From Spongospora subterranea f. sp. subterranea (lineage: Eukaryota), in contig JAUGWO010000140.1 of the NCBI GenBank assembly GCA_049724395.1, forward strand, positions 62,001-126,000: a stretch of DNA of 64,000 bases, in the 5' to 3' direction. A program made the position numbers and the translations under genes. The notes under the pieces were generated by a model that did no database searches, had not been told where the DNA came from, and saw nothing but the letters and a program-made list of their open reading frames with translations. Shown here piece after piece: positions 24,621 to 38,521 of the stretch (positions are counted from its first letter, which is position 1; every line of letters starts with the position of its first letter).

Positions 24621-25418
24621 ATGAAGGCAACAAGTAAAGGTTGGTCCAGCATAAGCAACTGTTGATCAAGGGCTTACTTTCGCTGATAGCGGAGTTCAAA
24701 CAGACGGTTGATCATTTATGGTCTTTCCTTGATGAACTGGCGCAGTCGGATCCTGCAGCTTATAAAGAATTCATATCGAAACAAATGAAAGAAAACGCTC
24801 CTAGCAAATCTGTATTACCAAAGCAACCATGCCCTCCCCAGTCTCGCGAAAGTAAAACAACGCCTTCGATTTTCCTCCCGTTCAAGTCATCATTAAATGG
24901 TGTTAAAATGGCGTCCGAGAGTGATGATAGCGTTGAAGGCAAACGCCCCGATAACTCCGCTCAAACCAAAGAGCTTAGGACAGAAATTATTATGCCTTAT
25001 TCGTCTTCACAGTTCTCAGCGTCCGAGAAAGCGAATTCTCAAAAAAAGGGAAAAAAGTCTCTTGTTCAGGAAGTGAAAACCATTCCGGAATATACGATAG
25101 AGCAACTGGACGGCGGTATAGTTGTCAAAATTAGCCTCCCTCTTCTGGTATCTTATTCGGTTTCAGTTGAAACTCAACAGTCTAATGTGATAATACAGGA
25201 TAATATTCGCGATGTCACTGTCGACATTGGCTCGCAAGATCTAACACTGGATTCACCTGAATATCACGCGCAGGTCTTATTTCAGGAGAGACGATTTGCG
25301 AGTTGTACGTAGCTAACCCGTTTATGATCAGATCTCATTCCCTCTCGTGGTCAATAGCGATGATTACGTCGCCCGATGGTTTAGGAAAGGTCGTCGATTG
25401 GTTATCGGCAGATTGTAA
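24621..25418 (+). CDS. PIH1D2-like co-chaperone (N-terminal helix motif plus C-terminal CS domain)
   Basis: VDHLWSFLDELAQSDPAAYKEFISKQMKE; C-terminal PEYTI..IVVKISLPLL..VTVDIGSQDLTL..YVARWFRKGRRLVI. Confidence 0.7.
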
Positions 25419-25577
25419 ATAAAGCTAAGTAACATTTCAACACGTACCACGTTTCCAACACCAATCAAGTCATACGCACCGGCCGCTGCTCAGTCACGAT
25501 TGTGATTTTGTCCGACTGTCCGCACCGCAGCTTTAATCTGATCATTATTCAGATTGAGTTTGGCCATTCGTTGAATA

Positions 25578-25924
25578 ATGAGCTTGCCCGCCACCAATAA
25601 AGGTATCAAACTATTGGTTCTCCATTTCCTATAGACAACTTATCGCGACCGCGTTGTTTTATAGTTCTCCTTTATCTCCATGCTGGGCCTAACACGCCAA
25701 TCCTAAAAGCTGGGAAAATTCGTATTAGTCGTAACTCCCAGTTTTCGTCGATCCACACTTATATTCGTGCTCAGCTGCGCTGTAAGGAGCAGGATAATCT
25801 CTTTCTCTACTGTTCTGCTGCATTTTGTCCTACTCCAGATGCTGTTATTGGCGATTTATTTGACTGCTATTCGGTCAACAACCAACTTCACATTCATTAT
25901 TGCTTAGCTGATACATGGGGCTAA
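25578..25924 (+). CDS. ATG12: Ubiquitin-like autophagy protein ATG12
   Basis: Missed by the ORF track: MSLPATNK|VLLYLHAGPNTPILK..LFLYCSAAFCPTPDAVIGDLFDCY..LHIHYCLADTWG*. Confidence 0.92.
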
Positions 25925-26132
25925 TTCGTAGAAGGAATTGCGTCATTGATGATTTTATACTTAGGGAGATCGTCTGTGCAGAGGATAGAGTGACGTCATC
26001 GCTGACGAGGGCACGCGTTATGCAATATTTGGCGAGTAATCAGTTATTCATTTCTGAAGTTATCATCATACTACAAGCAAATAGCTGTCCTCGACAACAA
26101 CTAATAGCATTACTTCTATCGTGAGTAATTCG

Positions 26133-26366
26133 ATGCCCGCCAAAGCTCGCAAAGTGGCAGGTGCACGACACGGTGAACATCGCCCTGCCCATGCTCATCA
26201 TCCAGTTCAAGGTTGCGAGCCAGAGCCGAAACTTTCTTACTACGAAGATAACGACATGATGTCAAAGCATCTCCAGCACCAAGCAGATTTGAAGCGCCAA
26301 GCTCACGATCGTCCAGCTGGAAAAAACCTTCACACCTCTCCCCGCAATTCCAAGCAATTTCCGTAG
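26133..26366 (+). CDS. Small hydrophilic hypothetical protein
   Basis: 77-codon ATG ORF (MPAKARK..) with protein-like composition; no recognised domain. Confidence 0.35.
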   Translation: MPAKARKVAGARHGEHRPAHAHHPVQGCEPEPKLSYYEDNDMMSKHLQHQADLKRQAHDRPAGKNLHTSPRNSKQFP

Positions 26367-26901
26367 TTGTAATACACCAATGACAAAGATTACTGTAAAT
26401 TCCCTATATCCAGCTATCAGAGCCCACGTTTTTGATTGTCCACCTGGGATTAGCTATGTGTCTTCTACATCGTGTTGTCAGTAAGCGATCACACGTCATC
26501 TAGTTGTTTGAATTTCTGTGTACAGTACTCTTCTTAAGAAGCACGTTAATACAAGAATCGTACGAAGAGGGTTCGAGCAGTGGCGCAAGATGGCTCCAAA
26601 AGGTTTGCAATCACCTCAGTTTGAGGCAAACACTGCAACAACTCTTCGACAAAAATCGCACCGTTTTTTGTGACAACGGAAGCAGGTTCCCATGTGCCAT
26701 CACCTAATTCAAACCTTATCATGCATTTAATCATTGGTTTATCAAGCTTCGAGATCAAAATGCCAAATTGGGGCATCGCAGATTTCAAAATCCTGATACA
26801 GGCGCCGCGCTCTTATGAAGTTGATTCACCTTCTTTTACTTTCCGTTCAAGGACACAATGACTCAATTCACACGGAACCATTAATCCTAAACTGCTTCAC
26901 A

Positions 26902-27228
26902 ATGCGGTTCATTTTGTTGGTTTTGATGCTGATTTTTGCAAGATGCTGCCACTCACTTGGGTATGAATACGGCCATGGAGGAGGATTCAATGACAATTAT
27001 TACGATCAAGATGAACACAACCATAACGAACTCGAACATGATAGGTAACTATATAATCTCTGAGCGGCTTTAACATCATGCAATGATCGTTGCCGTTTTA
27101 GGCATTCTCACCATCATCACGATCATGTCCATGCAGACCATGATCATCACGTTCACAATAGTGGTCATGGCACTGCTCCAGGCGCTTCCATGCAACACAA
27201 CTCAATTTTCAGCGGAATATTCCACTAA
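26902..27228 (+). CDS. Small secreted histidine-rich protein
   Basis: Signal peptide MRFILLVLMLIFARCCHS, one intron (27045-27101), then HNHNELEHDR|HSHHHHDHVHADHDHHVHN. Confidence 0.75.
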
Positions 27229-28317
27229 TGCTAAAAATTAATGGTCGAATTCAAAAAAAAATAGTAAACCGGTTGTTAAATTCCCCTTAATTGTATTCTT
27301 TCTCCAAACTGTTAAAACAATTTTTGCCGTTTGCATTGTCCTATTTCTGGGTAAAGGACATTTTGGTTGGATAACACAGTTTTCCAAATAAAATCAAGCC
27401 AAGTAAACAACAGAATACTCAATTAGTCAAAATGTTGACCAAGTTGGCGATACCTACTCCGGCACTATCACACAGTAGTTTCAACAAACTTATTACGTTT
27501 TGGGCAACAGAAAATTTCTCCCCGAGCGTCGACAAGTTGAGAGACATGATGAAGGGACATCCGCCCACAATTGACCGAATCCTGATGAGCAATGCAACAT
27601 GCTCTCTGCTGCTGATGTGATCAGGCGAAGATGTTTCATTTTAGAAGCGTTCATTTTGATAGATAAGCTGTTTCTTGTTCGTCATGTGCCAAGCGATTGC
27701 CGATCCAATGAACTGGAATCGATTGATTCTAGAAATAGACGATATCGAGAACAAATGGATCGTTTTGTCAAATCAGTTCCGTTGCACGTTTCCGTTAAGC
27801 GTGACAAGCGAAGAGCATCCAATATTGAACACGGATTGTGCATCCTCAGACTAACACGCAACGCCAACCACTCTTTGGGGATACCTACTCTTAACTGATG
27901 GATAATTACCCCCTACTCTGCTTAACACAACTCTACAACTACTTCGGACCGTCAGGCTGGAACAGTATAAATTTCAATCGATTTATTTTGAAAACGCAAT
28001 GGACCATACTGTGATGTTGTGGTACAAAATGCGTGCGTCGTTGCTGATGGCGTAGCGATAAAGAAATAGATGTTCCCAGAGACTTTAGCGATTGAGTCAC
28101 AACTTAGTCAAATAAATTTCAGACAATGTCTGCAGCCTTGTGGAAACACGTGGCCATTTCCCATTGCCCATCGCCCAACTATCGCCCATCTGATGGTATC
28201 CTGAACCATAACATACAGAGAGTAACGCAGGTGTATATACCATTAACTGAACATATATATCTCACTTTGGTATACATATCTCGATTTCAACAAGGGGTTT
28301 ATGCCAATTCACACATA

Positions 28318-30452
28318 ATGTCGTCTCTGTTCGCGCTTGTTCTCTCGATCGCCTCCATAGGCTGCATCTGTGGTCAACCGCTCAACACTGCCGAGCTTGT
28401 CAGCCGCATTGAGTTAACGGAGAAGTCATCATTACAAGACGTATTCGCTGCTGCCGTGGCCCTTTCTTCAAGTGATTCGGCTATTCCAGAGACCATCTGC
28501 TCCCGTTTGCGGACAGAGACTCCCAGTTTCATAGCTTTTCACATTGCAGCAATTGCTAGATGTGACTCCAAAAACTTTACACCTACAGGCGAGCCAGAGT
28601 CAATTGAGGTTTGATTGCTTTGGATTGCTGTCGACTCGTTCTCAGCTTGTATCAGGATTTATACCATCTTAGTTTGGTTAACCCTGAACCGCATTTGTTT
28701 GATAGCCTTGTTCAAAAGCTCAAGAATGCGAATCAACTGCAAAAAATGATGATACTTGATGCCGGAGCCTTCATTATCCAAAAAGATGCTTCTAGTGTTA
28801 ATGCAACCACCGCCTATGAAACATTTATGTCTACTTTGAGGCAGGTTATCATAAGGGTATCAAGTAGTGATGGGCTAAAGTATGTATGTAGTATTTTCAG
28901 TTGGCAGAAATTTTAATCACATGTCGTTGCAGATTCGACAGGGATGCGTCCTCTCCTATCGAACTCGCAGATCACTTAGGATCGGCTTGTTATGCTCTTC
29001 AGAGTTGTGGGGCGTTTGATGTCGGAAGTCAGTTCGCGCAGAACCTTGCATATTCTGTTATCAAGCAGCAGTATGCCACGTCTCCTTCCGACATCTCAAG
29101 TCTTTTACGGCTAGCCAAAGTGCTTTCAAAAAACATGTTTAGAGTTCCTGTAGTTGCTGACGTCATCGAAGCTAAGGTATCAATGTGGCGCTGATCTGAT
29201 TCAGGCATGGAATTCACGCCACTTGCCTTATTAGAAAGGTGTTCTCGATTTCAAGCTGACGAATGTTATCGGTGAACCAATATCATCGATCTCAGCCACT
29301 GTGGCTTCATGCAAAGATATATCAGGACCGCAATCCCTGATTGATGGTGAGGCCAAAATGAAGCCTATGGGTGGTAGCAGATACCATATCAAGTTTGAAA
29401 CTGAAAAAAAAACTCCCGGAAATTACATCCCCGTTATCCGCGTTGAAACCGAGTCGCTTGGCGCCATTTTACTACCTCATATATCTGAAATGTGTATTTC
29501 TGTGTTTGGGTCTGCTGAGCCAGCTGCAATCGATATATGGACATCCTCAAAGGAGGTCGATCGTGTATCGGCAGTAACGTAAGCTCTTTGTTTTATGAAG
29601 TGCGATTTCGACAAATGTCTATGTACAGACCCCGATATCCTGAGAAAAGTAAACATATGCTGTTAATCGACTCTTCTTCCACCCACCTAAATGCCCGCTT
29701 CAAAATCAAACATAACCTTGATCACTTAACATATGTTGGTGTTGCTCTAGTGAACAAGAATTCATCGCAATCAGTGATACTGTTCCCAAGCCGGTTGGCA
29801 AATGATACGTTTTCTGTTCGAGTGAAGTATACTCACTCCGTTTTTTCTAATGGTGTCCCTGGAAACGGTAAGTTTTTCGTTCCAGTTTTATTTACTTTAT
29901 GCTGATGTATCCAAGGTAACTATGAACTGTCCCTCATTGTAAGCGACCCGCGTTTACCAAAAGCCATCAAATGGGTTTTATGCGAAAGCATCGTAAATCT
30001 GGTCCATGCACCAGGCGCGCTACGTCTCGAACAATTATATGCTCATATGTAAGACTTTCAAATAACGATATTTTGGGGAGGGGTCATTTTTCTTAAATGC
30101 CTTTATTCGTTCTAGGGAGCAGCCACAGATTCGTCATTCTTTTCGCAGTTCAGAGAGTCGCTGCAATCCCCTTCTCTCACTGTTTTTCACTGCGGTCATA
30201 ATCGGGATGACGATATTTGGCCTTTTACCTGCATGGAACGCAATTGGCTTAAATATTACTACTCCAACACCAATGGGGATTCTTTTTTACGCGTTATTAA
30301 CCTCTGTATTCTGTGTTCTTTGCGGATATTGGGTTAACATGAGCTTGTTTGATGTTCTTAAATACCTGTTCGTTCTTGGGCCTTTCGTTGCCTTCTCTGG
30401 ACATAGATTTTTGAAGGCGCATATGCGTAAAATCAAGAAAAAAGTTGAATAG
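28318..30452 (+). CDS. RPN2: Oligosaccharyltransferase subunit ribophorin II (RPN2/Swp1), isoform with last exon A
   Basis: Signal peptide, GNYELSLIVSD, EQPQIRHSFRSSESR, three TM helices with YWVNMSLFDVLKYL..FSGHRFL, C-terminal KKVE. Confidence 0.85.
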
Positions 30453-30573
30453 AAACAATTATAAAACTATTTTCAGATGACAATACACGACATCGCAGTT
30501 GCAACGTTTGTTTTCATGCTAAATCGGAGATAGTGCAACTGATTTAACTCGCTAATGTCGTTCTGTTATTTAG

Positions 30574-30931
30574 GATATCTCAGGAAATACATCATCAGCT
30601 CAAAAGCTCCCCTAGTCGCCCTTCAGCACCTTTAGCTATCATATGTTCGCTTATAAGCATCCTGCTTTTGGTTAAATTGATTCATTCCTGGAGCTCTCTT
30701 CATGTTGACTTCGACCTCAATGCCGTCCATGGCGCCGTTTTTTTCCATGGAATTCTTCTCAGCATTGCAATGGTTCTAATATCATACTGGTTAGGATCGC
30801 TTAATCTTCTGCACGTTCTCCCTCCTCTTTTCGTGCTTTGCGTTGCTGCTTATATCGCGTATTGGTGTATGATCCAGCGATCTTATTTGACAACCGACAT
30901 CCAAAAACCTTCTAAACAAAAAATTGACTAG
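30574..30931 (+). CDS. Duplicated alternative last exon B of ribophorin II
   Basis: gctaat branch-like site plus tttag acceptor; same phase as exon A; ISQEIHHQLKSSPSRPS..VFFHG..YWLGSLNLLHVL..KQKID*. Confidence 0.7.
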
Positions 30932-31209
30932 TCATATATTTTCTGTGTGCCGATTTGGTTCTTTTGCCGTTGAGATAAGCGAAATTTATATATCAATAGC
31001 AATCGCACAGGCGCTTGAATTCTTATTACTTCCATCGACAAATCATCACTCCTGCGTGACCACCTCCCTGGCACCCCGGCTTTATATTTCACGAAGACAT
31101 CGACACTGCTGCAGCCCATTCTGTTTCTACCTCTACAACGCCATCTGCTACGCTACGTCATCTGATCGTGTAACAGTACCACGTGAGTGAATCAAAACGG
31201 GTAACAACA

Positions 31210-34200
31210 ATGGTATCCTCACATGGTGTTAAGCCATGCGCAAAAGTAGACAGTTCCCTCGACAGGGAGGTCAGGGTGGCCGGCCTCAGACAGGTATTCA
31301 ACACCGAGCAGGTAACAAATAGTAATGTCGCTTGATCGTTACAACATGAAAATCAAAATATATATCAGAATCAATATCATTCTGCTATTAGCCATTGCCG
31401 CCAAAGACTAGATCAAGTTCTGACCGAAACACGGTCGGCGATATTGCCTGATGCTCATCGAACGCACGTTTGTGCACAACTGATTTATCAGGTTGGATAT
31501 GCTTGAGCAGATCAAAGCGTTACGCTAAGTTTATGTTGACGGTTAGTTGTCGAACCTGTTAACTCGTCTGTCACCTGTGCTGCAACCGTTAACAAAGGAG
31601 ATCATATCCAGTATATATTACAAGGCGAGCGATGCACAAGGCGAAGAGCCCATTCCATATTTCACATTAGTGAACACATTGCGAACTAACCTCAATGCCT
31701 TACATCAGAAGATGGTTAATCTGGAGAGCAGAAGGCGAACATTGGAATCTAACGAGGTTAGTAAATTCACACCCAACGTCGCTATCAGAAAATTTCGTTC
31801 AACGCGGTACAGGCACGGCGCGTTCACGTATTGGAGAGATCAGGTTATCTTCAAAGAGACTTCTTGGATTTAATTGATGAAATAACTAATTTGACGTAAC
31901 AGCTAAGAAATGGCAATTGAATCTCACTGTTCAAGCATTCTATATCTGGAGGAATCATTCTCGACGTATAGTAAGGCAGAGGATTTCATTTGAGTAGGCA
32001 AACTACCCAGAAATCTTCGACCGTTAACTTCAGTTGTACAATAGGAGGCTGGCCAAAAAATGGAACTCAAATCCAGATTTTCTGAAATATGCGTTTTTTG
32101 CGGTGGAGATTAGACCATACGATGAAGAAAAAGGAGCAGGTTGAGATTCAGTTAGACATGGCCGTAAAAAAGCAACGAGAAACGGAAATGGAAACGAATG
32201 AAGCAAAACGATCTGCTGAAAATGCAGAGAAGCAAGTTCAATTTATGCAGAGCACGGTAATTCTAATTATGCCAAATAGCAATTTTCTTTTGTAAACTGA
32301 AGGATTAGGTTGAAAACATGACGGCCCAGCAGATGGAATTGGATAAGGCAATAGCAGATATGGACCATCAGATATTTCAGAGTAAAGGTTGGCTAAATAA
32401 CGCAAAGCAGATTATAGTATTTTAATTAGCAACAGATCAAGATATCAATTCAACAATCAAGACAGTGATGGATATTACTAGAATCGGGTTGCATGCTCTG
32501 TCGTCGGAGATAAAGTTGAAGCAATCGGAATATATCCCTGATTTGAAAGCCATTTTACCGACACCTGATTATGCCGATTCATCATCTGATTTCGGCCTCA
32601 TATCAGATCAGCAAATATTGCTGCTGTTTTTGAATCACCACATGAAATCTGTCAAGGATATGGTGAACATCGGACCTATTGAGAATTTCACAACCGATCT
32701 GGTAAGAGCTTGGAAAAACAACAGTATTGTGTTTCGTTTCTACACATGACGTTATCATCTGGTTGTAACAGGCCGATGGGATTGCATTGTCAGCTTTGAT
32801 CCACTGCGTTAAACCATCGATTATCAATTTTCCAGCGATGGTGAATGTTAGATCAGAACATGAACGTTGTTCTCGATTGGAATCACTATTAGAATCTTGC
32901 GATGAAATTCCCGCAGATATTCGTCTAATGATCCGTTCGAACTCATTATCGTTTGGATTGACGCCTGACATTTCGGCCGCGTTTATATGTCGACTGTTTA
33001 TTGAGTTTCCCGGGCTCACTCGACAAACACAAAATTTCGAGGATGTTATTGAAGATATTACAAGGTCCCATTCCTTAATCGATCAAATTTTCTCATGTAA
33101 GGCGAATCATGACTCTTCAATTTTTTATCCATGATACCGTCAATCGTAGTGCTGAACCGCGACGAGGATCTATGCAATGATATACTTCAGGAAATGGTCT
33201 CAACAATCAACAAGACGTATACAAGGTCGCTGTTTGTTAACGCGTATTTTTATCGCTTATGCAGATAATGTTAGAGCTGGAAAGCTATATCGCGCCTTAC
33301 GGCAGAGTAGAGATGAATGGAACCAAATGCAGAATCGATTACGGCGATATTGCCTTCACCTATTAATTCGTCGACGATGTAATCACCCGATGCCGACGAT
33401 TGATATTAGAAAGACGAAAAATCGATCGGAATGGTCAAACATAGATGAAGAAATGGTCAAGGTAGAAATGGGTGTCCTACAACCAGGCATGAATCCCAAT
33501 GTAGATCAAGTTGGTTTCCGACTAATGTCATTGCCTCAAAATTTCATTAATCATGAAGCCATTTTTATATGTAGAACAGTCGGCCTGTAGATACAAACAG
33601 GCTATTGCTAGTGGAATTAATTTCTATTCGCCACACATTATTAAGCAATTATAATGAGTTGCAAACAATATTCTGGCATTATGCGTCATCGGAGGTTGTA
33701 CTCTGTCACATCGGTTTATTGATTTCTGAATATTCGATTTATACAGGTGCCGGTGTCATCTCCAACTCTAGGGGTGAGCCCTACTTTGAACTTTTTGGAG
33801 TTGTGGATGATGGTCAAAGATTCCAGATTGTTGTCGCCCTTTTTAACGCCTACGGTATTGTTAAAATTATTCGATGATGTCGCCCCAGACGTTGGGGTAG
33901 GTCTTGATACTCAAATCAGCATCCACCAGTTTGTCCACTTACTTATCAAAATTGCCACAACTCTCCCTATTTCTAATACTAGTTCCAACACTCGTTTATC
34001 GCACCGATTTCAACATGTAATCGAGAACAATATCTTGGTTTGGGCAAAACGAACGTTAGAGAACGAGAATCTTTCGTCTCGTTCGTCGCCGCGAATACTA
34101 CAAACTTTGAGACCATATTTGAAGGTGAATACCATGTCTTCTCACAAAATTCCACCTCACAGAAACAATTTAGAATATATCCTCAATATTTCTCAAAGTG

Positions 34201-34554
34201 ATGACAACCAAGCCAGCAACTAGTGATAATCGCGGCATGATGGCGTCATCCATATCTCTGGAAAACATCGATCACATATTTTACGAATGTAAACTACATC
34301 AGTGCGGCTTCACTGTGGACGATGTCATGGACGTAGTTAGACACGTTCTCCGTCAAAATAGCGATCCTAATCAGCAATCACCTTCCGCACCTTCGTCGCC
34401 TACAGCGTCAACAATATATCTTCCTGAGTTTATCGACGTGCTGATAGCACTATCTATGACTCGATATCCCAATCCGTTTGAGGAGATCGCAACCCGTCTT
34501 CACCGATTCTTAACGCGCGACATGATGCTAGCAACAGAAAAAAAATCCTGCTAA
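31210..34554 (+). CDS. Large coiled-coil protein with a calponin-homology domain and C-terminal EF-hand-like repeats
   Basis: QILLLFLNHHM..IENFTTDL|ADGIALSALIH..AAFICRLFIEFPGL (CH-like); LNFLELWMMVKD, ISIHQFVHLL, IYLPEFIDVL; many exons, start uncertain. Confidence 0.6.
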
Positions 34555-34583
34555 AGATACTGCCGAATCGCAAGATAAAACAT

Positions 34584-36306
34584 TCATTTTTGGTTCACAT
34601 ATTCTCTGTGCAACGGCGGTTGATTCTTTTCGACGCTAATAGCGCACTTGTCAACAGCCCATTTGCAAAAATCGACATCGGCGTTGTGTAGGAATTTACC
34701 CTGACCGAGAGAATTGTTAACAAACCGATCCAGCACTGAATTAGGGTATTGGGTTACGTCCAAAGAGAACACGCTTTTCTTGTGCACGTCAAGATATCCA
34801 TATCCAACAAAGTACGTCCCAAACGGATGGCGGATTGAGGGATCATTGTACAGGCGGACCGGATCTAGGCAATCCATGTGAGAGAGGGCAGGTCATTCTG
34901 GGCAATAACTGGGCCATACCTGTTAATGGCTGTTTACTCATTATTTCACTTTGTAGCCGTTGATCCTCGTCTAGACAATATCCCCAATCATCTTGATCGA
35001 CATAGTTCAATCCGTCCTCGAACGTCATCGACACCTATAACGCCAGTACCAAGTTTTGAGCAAACCAGCCCGCCATCGTCATCCTTGATATATTTGAAAA
35101 TATCGACAAGAACATAACAACCTGCGTTGGCACTCCTTTCACCCATAATGCTGATACAGATCCAAGGGAGAACACCATCACCCCATCTCCATGAAATCTG
35201 ACCAATCATCACAATCACGACCCACACCGAGTTCTATACCGTTCACCTTCCGTCTAGGAACTCTCCCCGGTACACCACCCCGTTCTCGAACACGAATTCG
35301 TGGTAGCCATCGGGCGGTTGATCGACCTTCAAAGCGTTGAGTATTCGCTCGATATCGTCAGCTGTAAGTGCCTTCATGCTAGGCCATTCGTAATAGTTCA
35401 ATATAAAGCACTGCACAATGGTTACGTACGATCCGTCGGGTTAAGATATCTTTTGCCGATATTATTTGTCAGATCCCAATTTTATTCGTTTGGACTGTCT
35501 AAAATCGGTGTCATGAATCATGCCGTAATCGATATATCTCCAGTGATGAACGAGTTCGCTCCTAGTTTCCTCGATCGATACACGCAACGGTCCAGCTCGT
35601 TGTCGATCTCGATCGATTTCCGCTTCCGCCCGTACATCGCCGGGAATTCGTTCAGGGCGATATCCACCTGGTGACTATCCGACGACGACGACGACTCGTT
35701 GAGGTCAAGGGCCCCGGCGATGCGAATCGATCGCTGGATGGTGCCGATGGAGCAATCCTGTTCTGTCAGTCCGTGGTCGTACAGGAATAATTGCAGAACC
35801 GCTATCTTATCCAATAGCGCCATCTCCGACAACGCGTCTCTATCCAAACTAAACGCACACAAAAACCAGATCAGCTAATCGGCTTGAACAATTTTTGGGG
35901 GATTATTCTCTGATTACCTAATCTCTAGGAGCGAGCACAGTTTCCGAAGCTGCGAATAATATGCCGATGTTGGCGATTTGTTCCCGCGATCGCCAGCGCG
36001 AATGACGCAAGATGACGACAGTTTGACGGTGGCTACGACTTGATCGGTCAGCAACCGAATGTATCGCCTGGTCCGGCGACATTTGTGGAGCCGGCCCCGA
36101 TCCAGGCTCAGCTCTTGCTCGAGGAACGCTCTGATACTGATTTGGGTGGGTGGTTGCGATGATGATTGGTCACCTAGGTGGGTCGCGATCAGAAACTTCA
36201 CTCGATCCGAATCGTTCTTGATAATCCTCAGCAATGGATGCGGTTCACGATTCGGAGCCGATAACGGTGATGCGCCTGATGGCGATAGGTCCGACAATGA
36301 CGCCAT
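34584..36306 (-). CDS. Hypothetical multi-exon protein
   Basis: Consecutive minus-strand ORFs separated by GT-AG gaps; no family recognised. Confidence 0.5.
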
Positions 36307-37385
36307 GCTTTTATAATAAAATTAACCTACTCGGTAATCCGAATTATAATGATATATCAGTTGGTTGCGATTGATTGACATTTCTGCACCAGCGTTGATC
36401 AGGTCACGAGTGACCGTCGAGATTAATCCGTTGGGCTACAGTAGCGCCATTGATCGCGTCTGGCAACTCTGCGATCGGGTTTGACCGACGCTGGCTGCGA
36501 CTCAACGGTTGATATCGGGCTTATAGACGATCAATTTTTCTGGAACCTGGCGCCCCCCCGCCGTGACAAGGTCCGGAGCGATGAAAAAATCGGGTGAGAG
36601 GCGCTCTGGCGCTGGCGAGCAATTGTTGGGACTGAAAAGAGTTATGGACACCAGTGGTGGAGAAACCTAAAAATGTAGGAAGTAGGTTGTGGCCGAACTA
36701 GATTGTCATCTCCACGACAATCCTGATGATGGCGATGATATTGTGGTCGACCAGATATTCGGCGGCGATGCTTGTCCAAAGACACGCTCCGACCTTGTGC
36801 GATGCATGGCGTTGTGCCTGCTGGGAGACCAGCCGAGTTGCAATGTAAAGTCAAGTCGCTGATGTAGTTTGCTGCGGGATCGTGCCGCCGAGAAGGAAGA
36901 TGATATCGCCCACTCATCTCTGAATTCGGTGACCATTATCGCGAATGATTTTTCCAGGGCCGACAATAGCCCGATATTAAGACTTTCACGCAGAACGCAA
37001 GACCATTGATTTGTGTCGACCAAGTAGAAGACCATTTTCAGCAGCAACGATCCAAGGGAGAAATAGCCAGCTCAAGTGGAAGAGGCGACCGGTGGGGATC
37101 GGACCTAGGTAGGTAGGTAGTCCCATTTCCTTTTAAAGGGACATCGTCCTCCACGAAATTGTTCAGGGCGTTATCAACGGTCGCTGACTGTCCACTCCAT
37201 AAATAAAATTGATGTAGATAGTGACATATTTTATTTGTTCGTGGACAATCCGAACCCATATGCAATGGCGTTAGAAAAGAAACACCTTTGTACTAACGAG
37301 TAGCGACATTTGTTAAATTTGCTTCAGGATATCTCATTTTCTTCGTTCTGCCTTTGTACCTCCGACAAATCGAAAGGCAACAAAC

Positions 37386-38470
37386 ATGCAAAGAGTCATG
37401 ACGATCAGAACCTGGTTGGCAGTTCGAAAAATGGCCATATACGACGTAGTGCCAGTCCTATCAGTGAGAGATGGCGCAACGCGCAGCCCCCTGGACAGAT
37501 TGAAACCCATTCTCGTGGTGAGGAGTCGGTGGTTTGGCAAAGCAAAACACTCACAGATGACCGGCAAATCCAGTTTGTTCTCAGCGTTAACAGCTGTTGA
37601 TGCACCAGGCCAGCATGTGGCTACGCTAGTGTTTATGCATGGATTGGGTGATACGGTATTCATTCATTGTTTTGTTTTGTTTTTCAACATATCTACAACA
37701 TGATTGACAGGCAGATGGGTGGAAATCTCAGCTAAAGCTGCTACAGAGCTCTAAACCTGGCCTTAGAATTGTACTGCCAACCGCTCCAGTTCGTCCTGTC
37801 ACTGCCAATGGTCGGCCCATCATGTGAGAGTTTGGTGCCAATCGTGCAATTAACTGCATTGACCCAGGCGGTATGCGGATGACATCCTGGCATGATATCC
37901 GGTCATTTGCATCGATCGCGTCTGAAGATATGAAGGGACTAGAGGAGTCATCCGCTGCAGGTTTACATTGAATTCCTATCACATATTGATCCGCTTGTCT
38001 GAATCGGTCTACACAGTTCAAGAAGTAATCAACCAAGAAATTCAGCGGGGAGTGCCTTCAAAAAATATCATAGTTGGCGGTTTTAGCCAAGTAAAAGCGT
38101 CGTAAATCACGACACTGTATTAGAGTTTTTTATTTTCGGCTTGTTTAGGGGAGCAGCCCTGGCAATGTACGCTGGGCTTCAAATGTCGTCTCCGCTTGGG
38201 GGAATCATATCCATGTCCGGATACCTTCCCCATTACGAGACTTTTATGCAGTCGAAACTATCTGCCTCGAACGCCAGGACTCCCGTAATGCTTTGCCATG
38301 GCTCTGCAGACCCGATTGTCCCATATCGTGCCGGTCAACTCACCTATGAGATTCTCCATGGAGGAGGAGTCCCTGCCGAAATGAAAACCTATCCTGGGTT
38401 AGGACATTCCGCCGATCCTCACGAGCTGAACGATGTCGCCAAGTTTGTGTCTAAAATTATGGGCCAATAA
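37386..38470 (+). CDS. Acyl-protein thioesterase / lysophospholipase (LYPLA family)
   Basis: FMHGLGDT, PTAPVRPVTANGGMRMTSWHDI, GGFSQ|GAA nucleophile, HGSADPIVP, GLGHS; alternative start at 37557. Confidence 0.92.
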
Positions 38471-38521
38471 AATAAAGCACACCAGGAGCGATACTGTTAG
38501 ACATATGAATCCAGGTTTAAT

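Noticed and set aside
36400..37300. ORFs between the hypothetical gene and the thioesterase
   Set aside because: No motif or convincing splice structure
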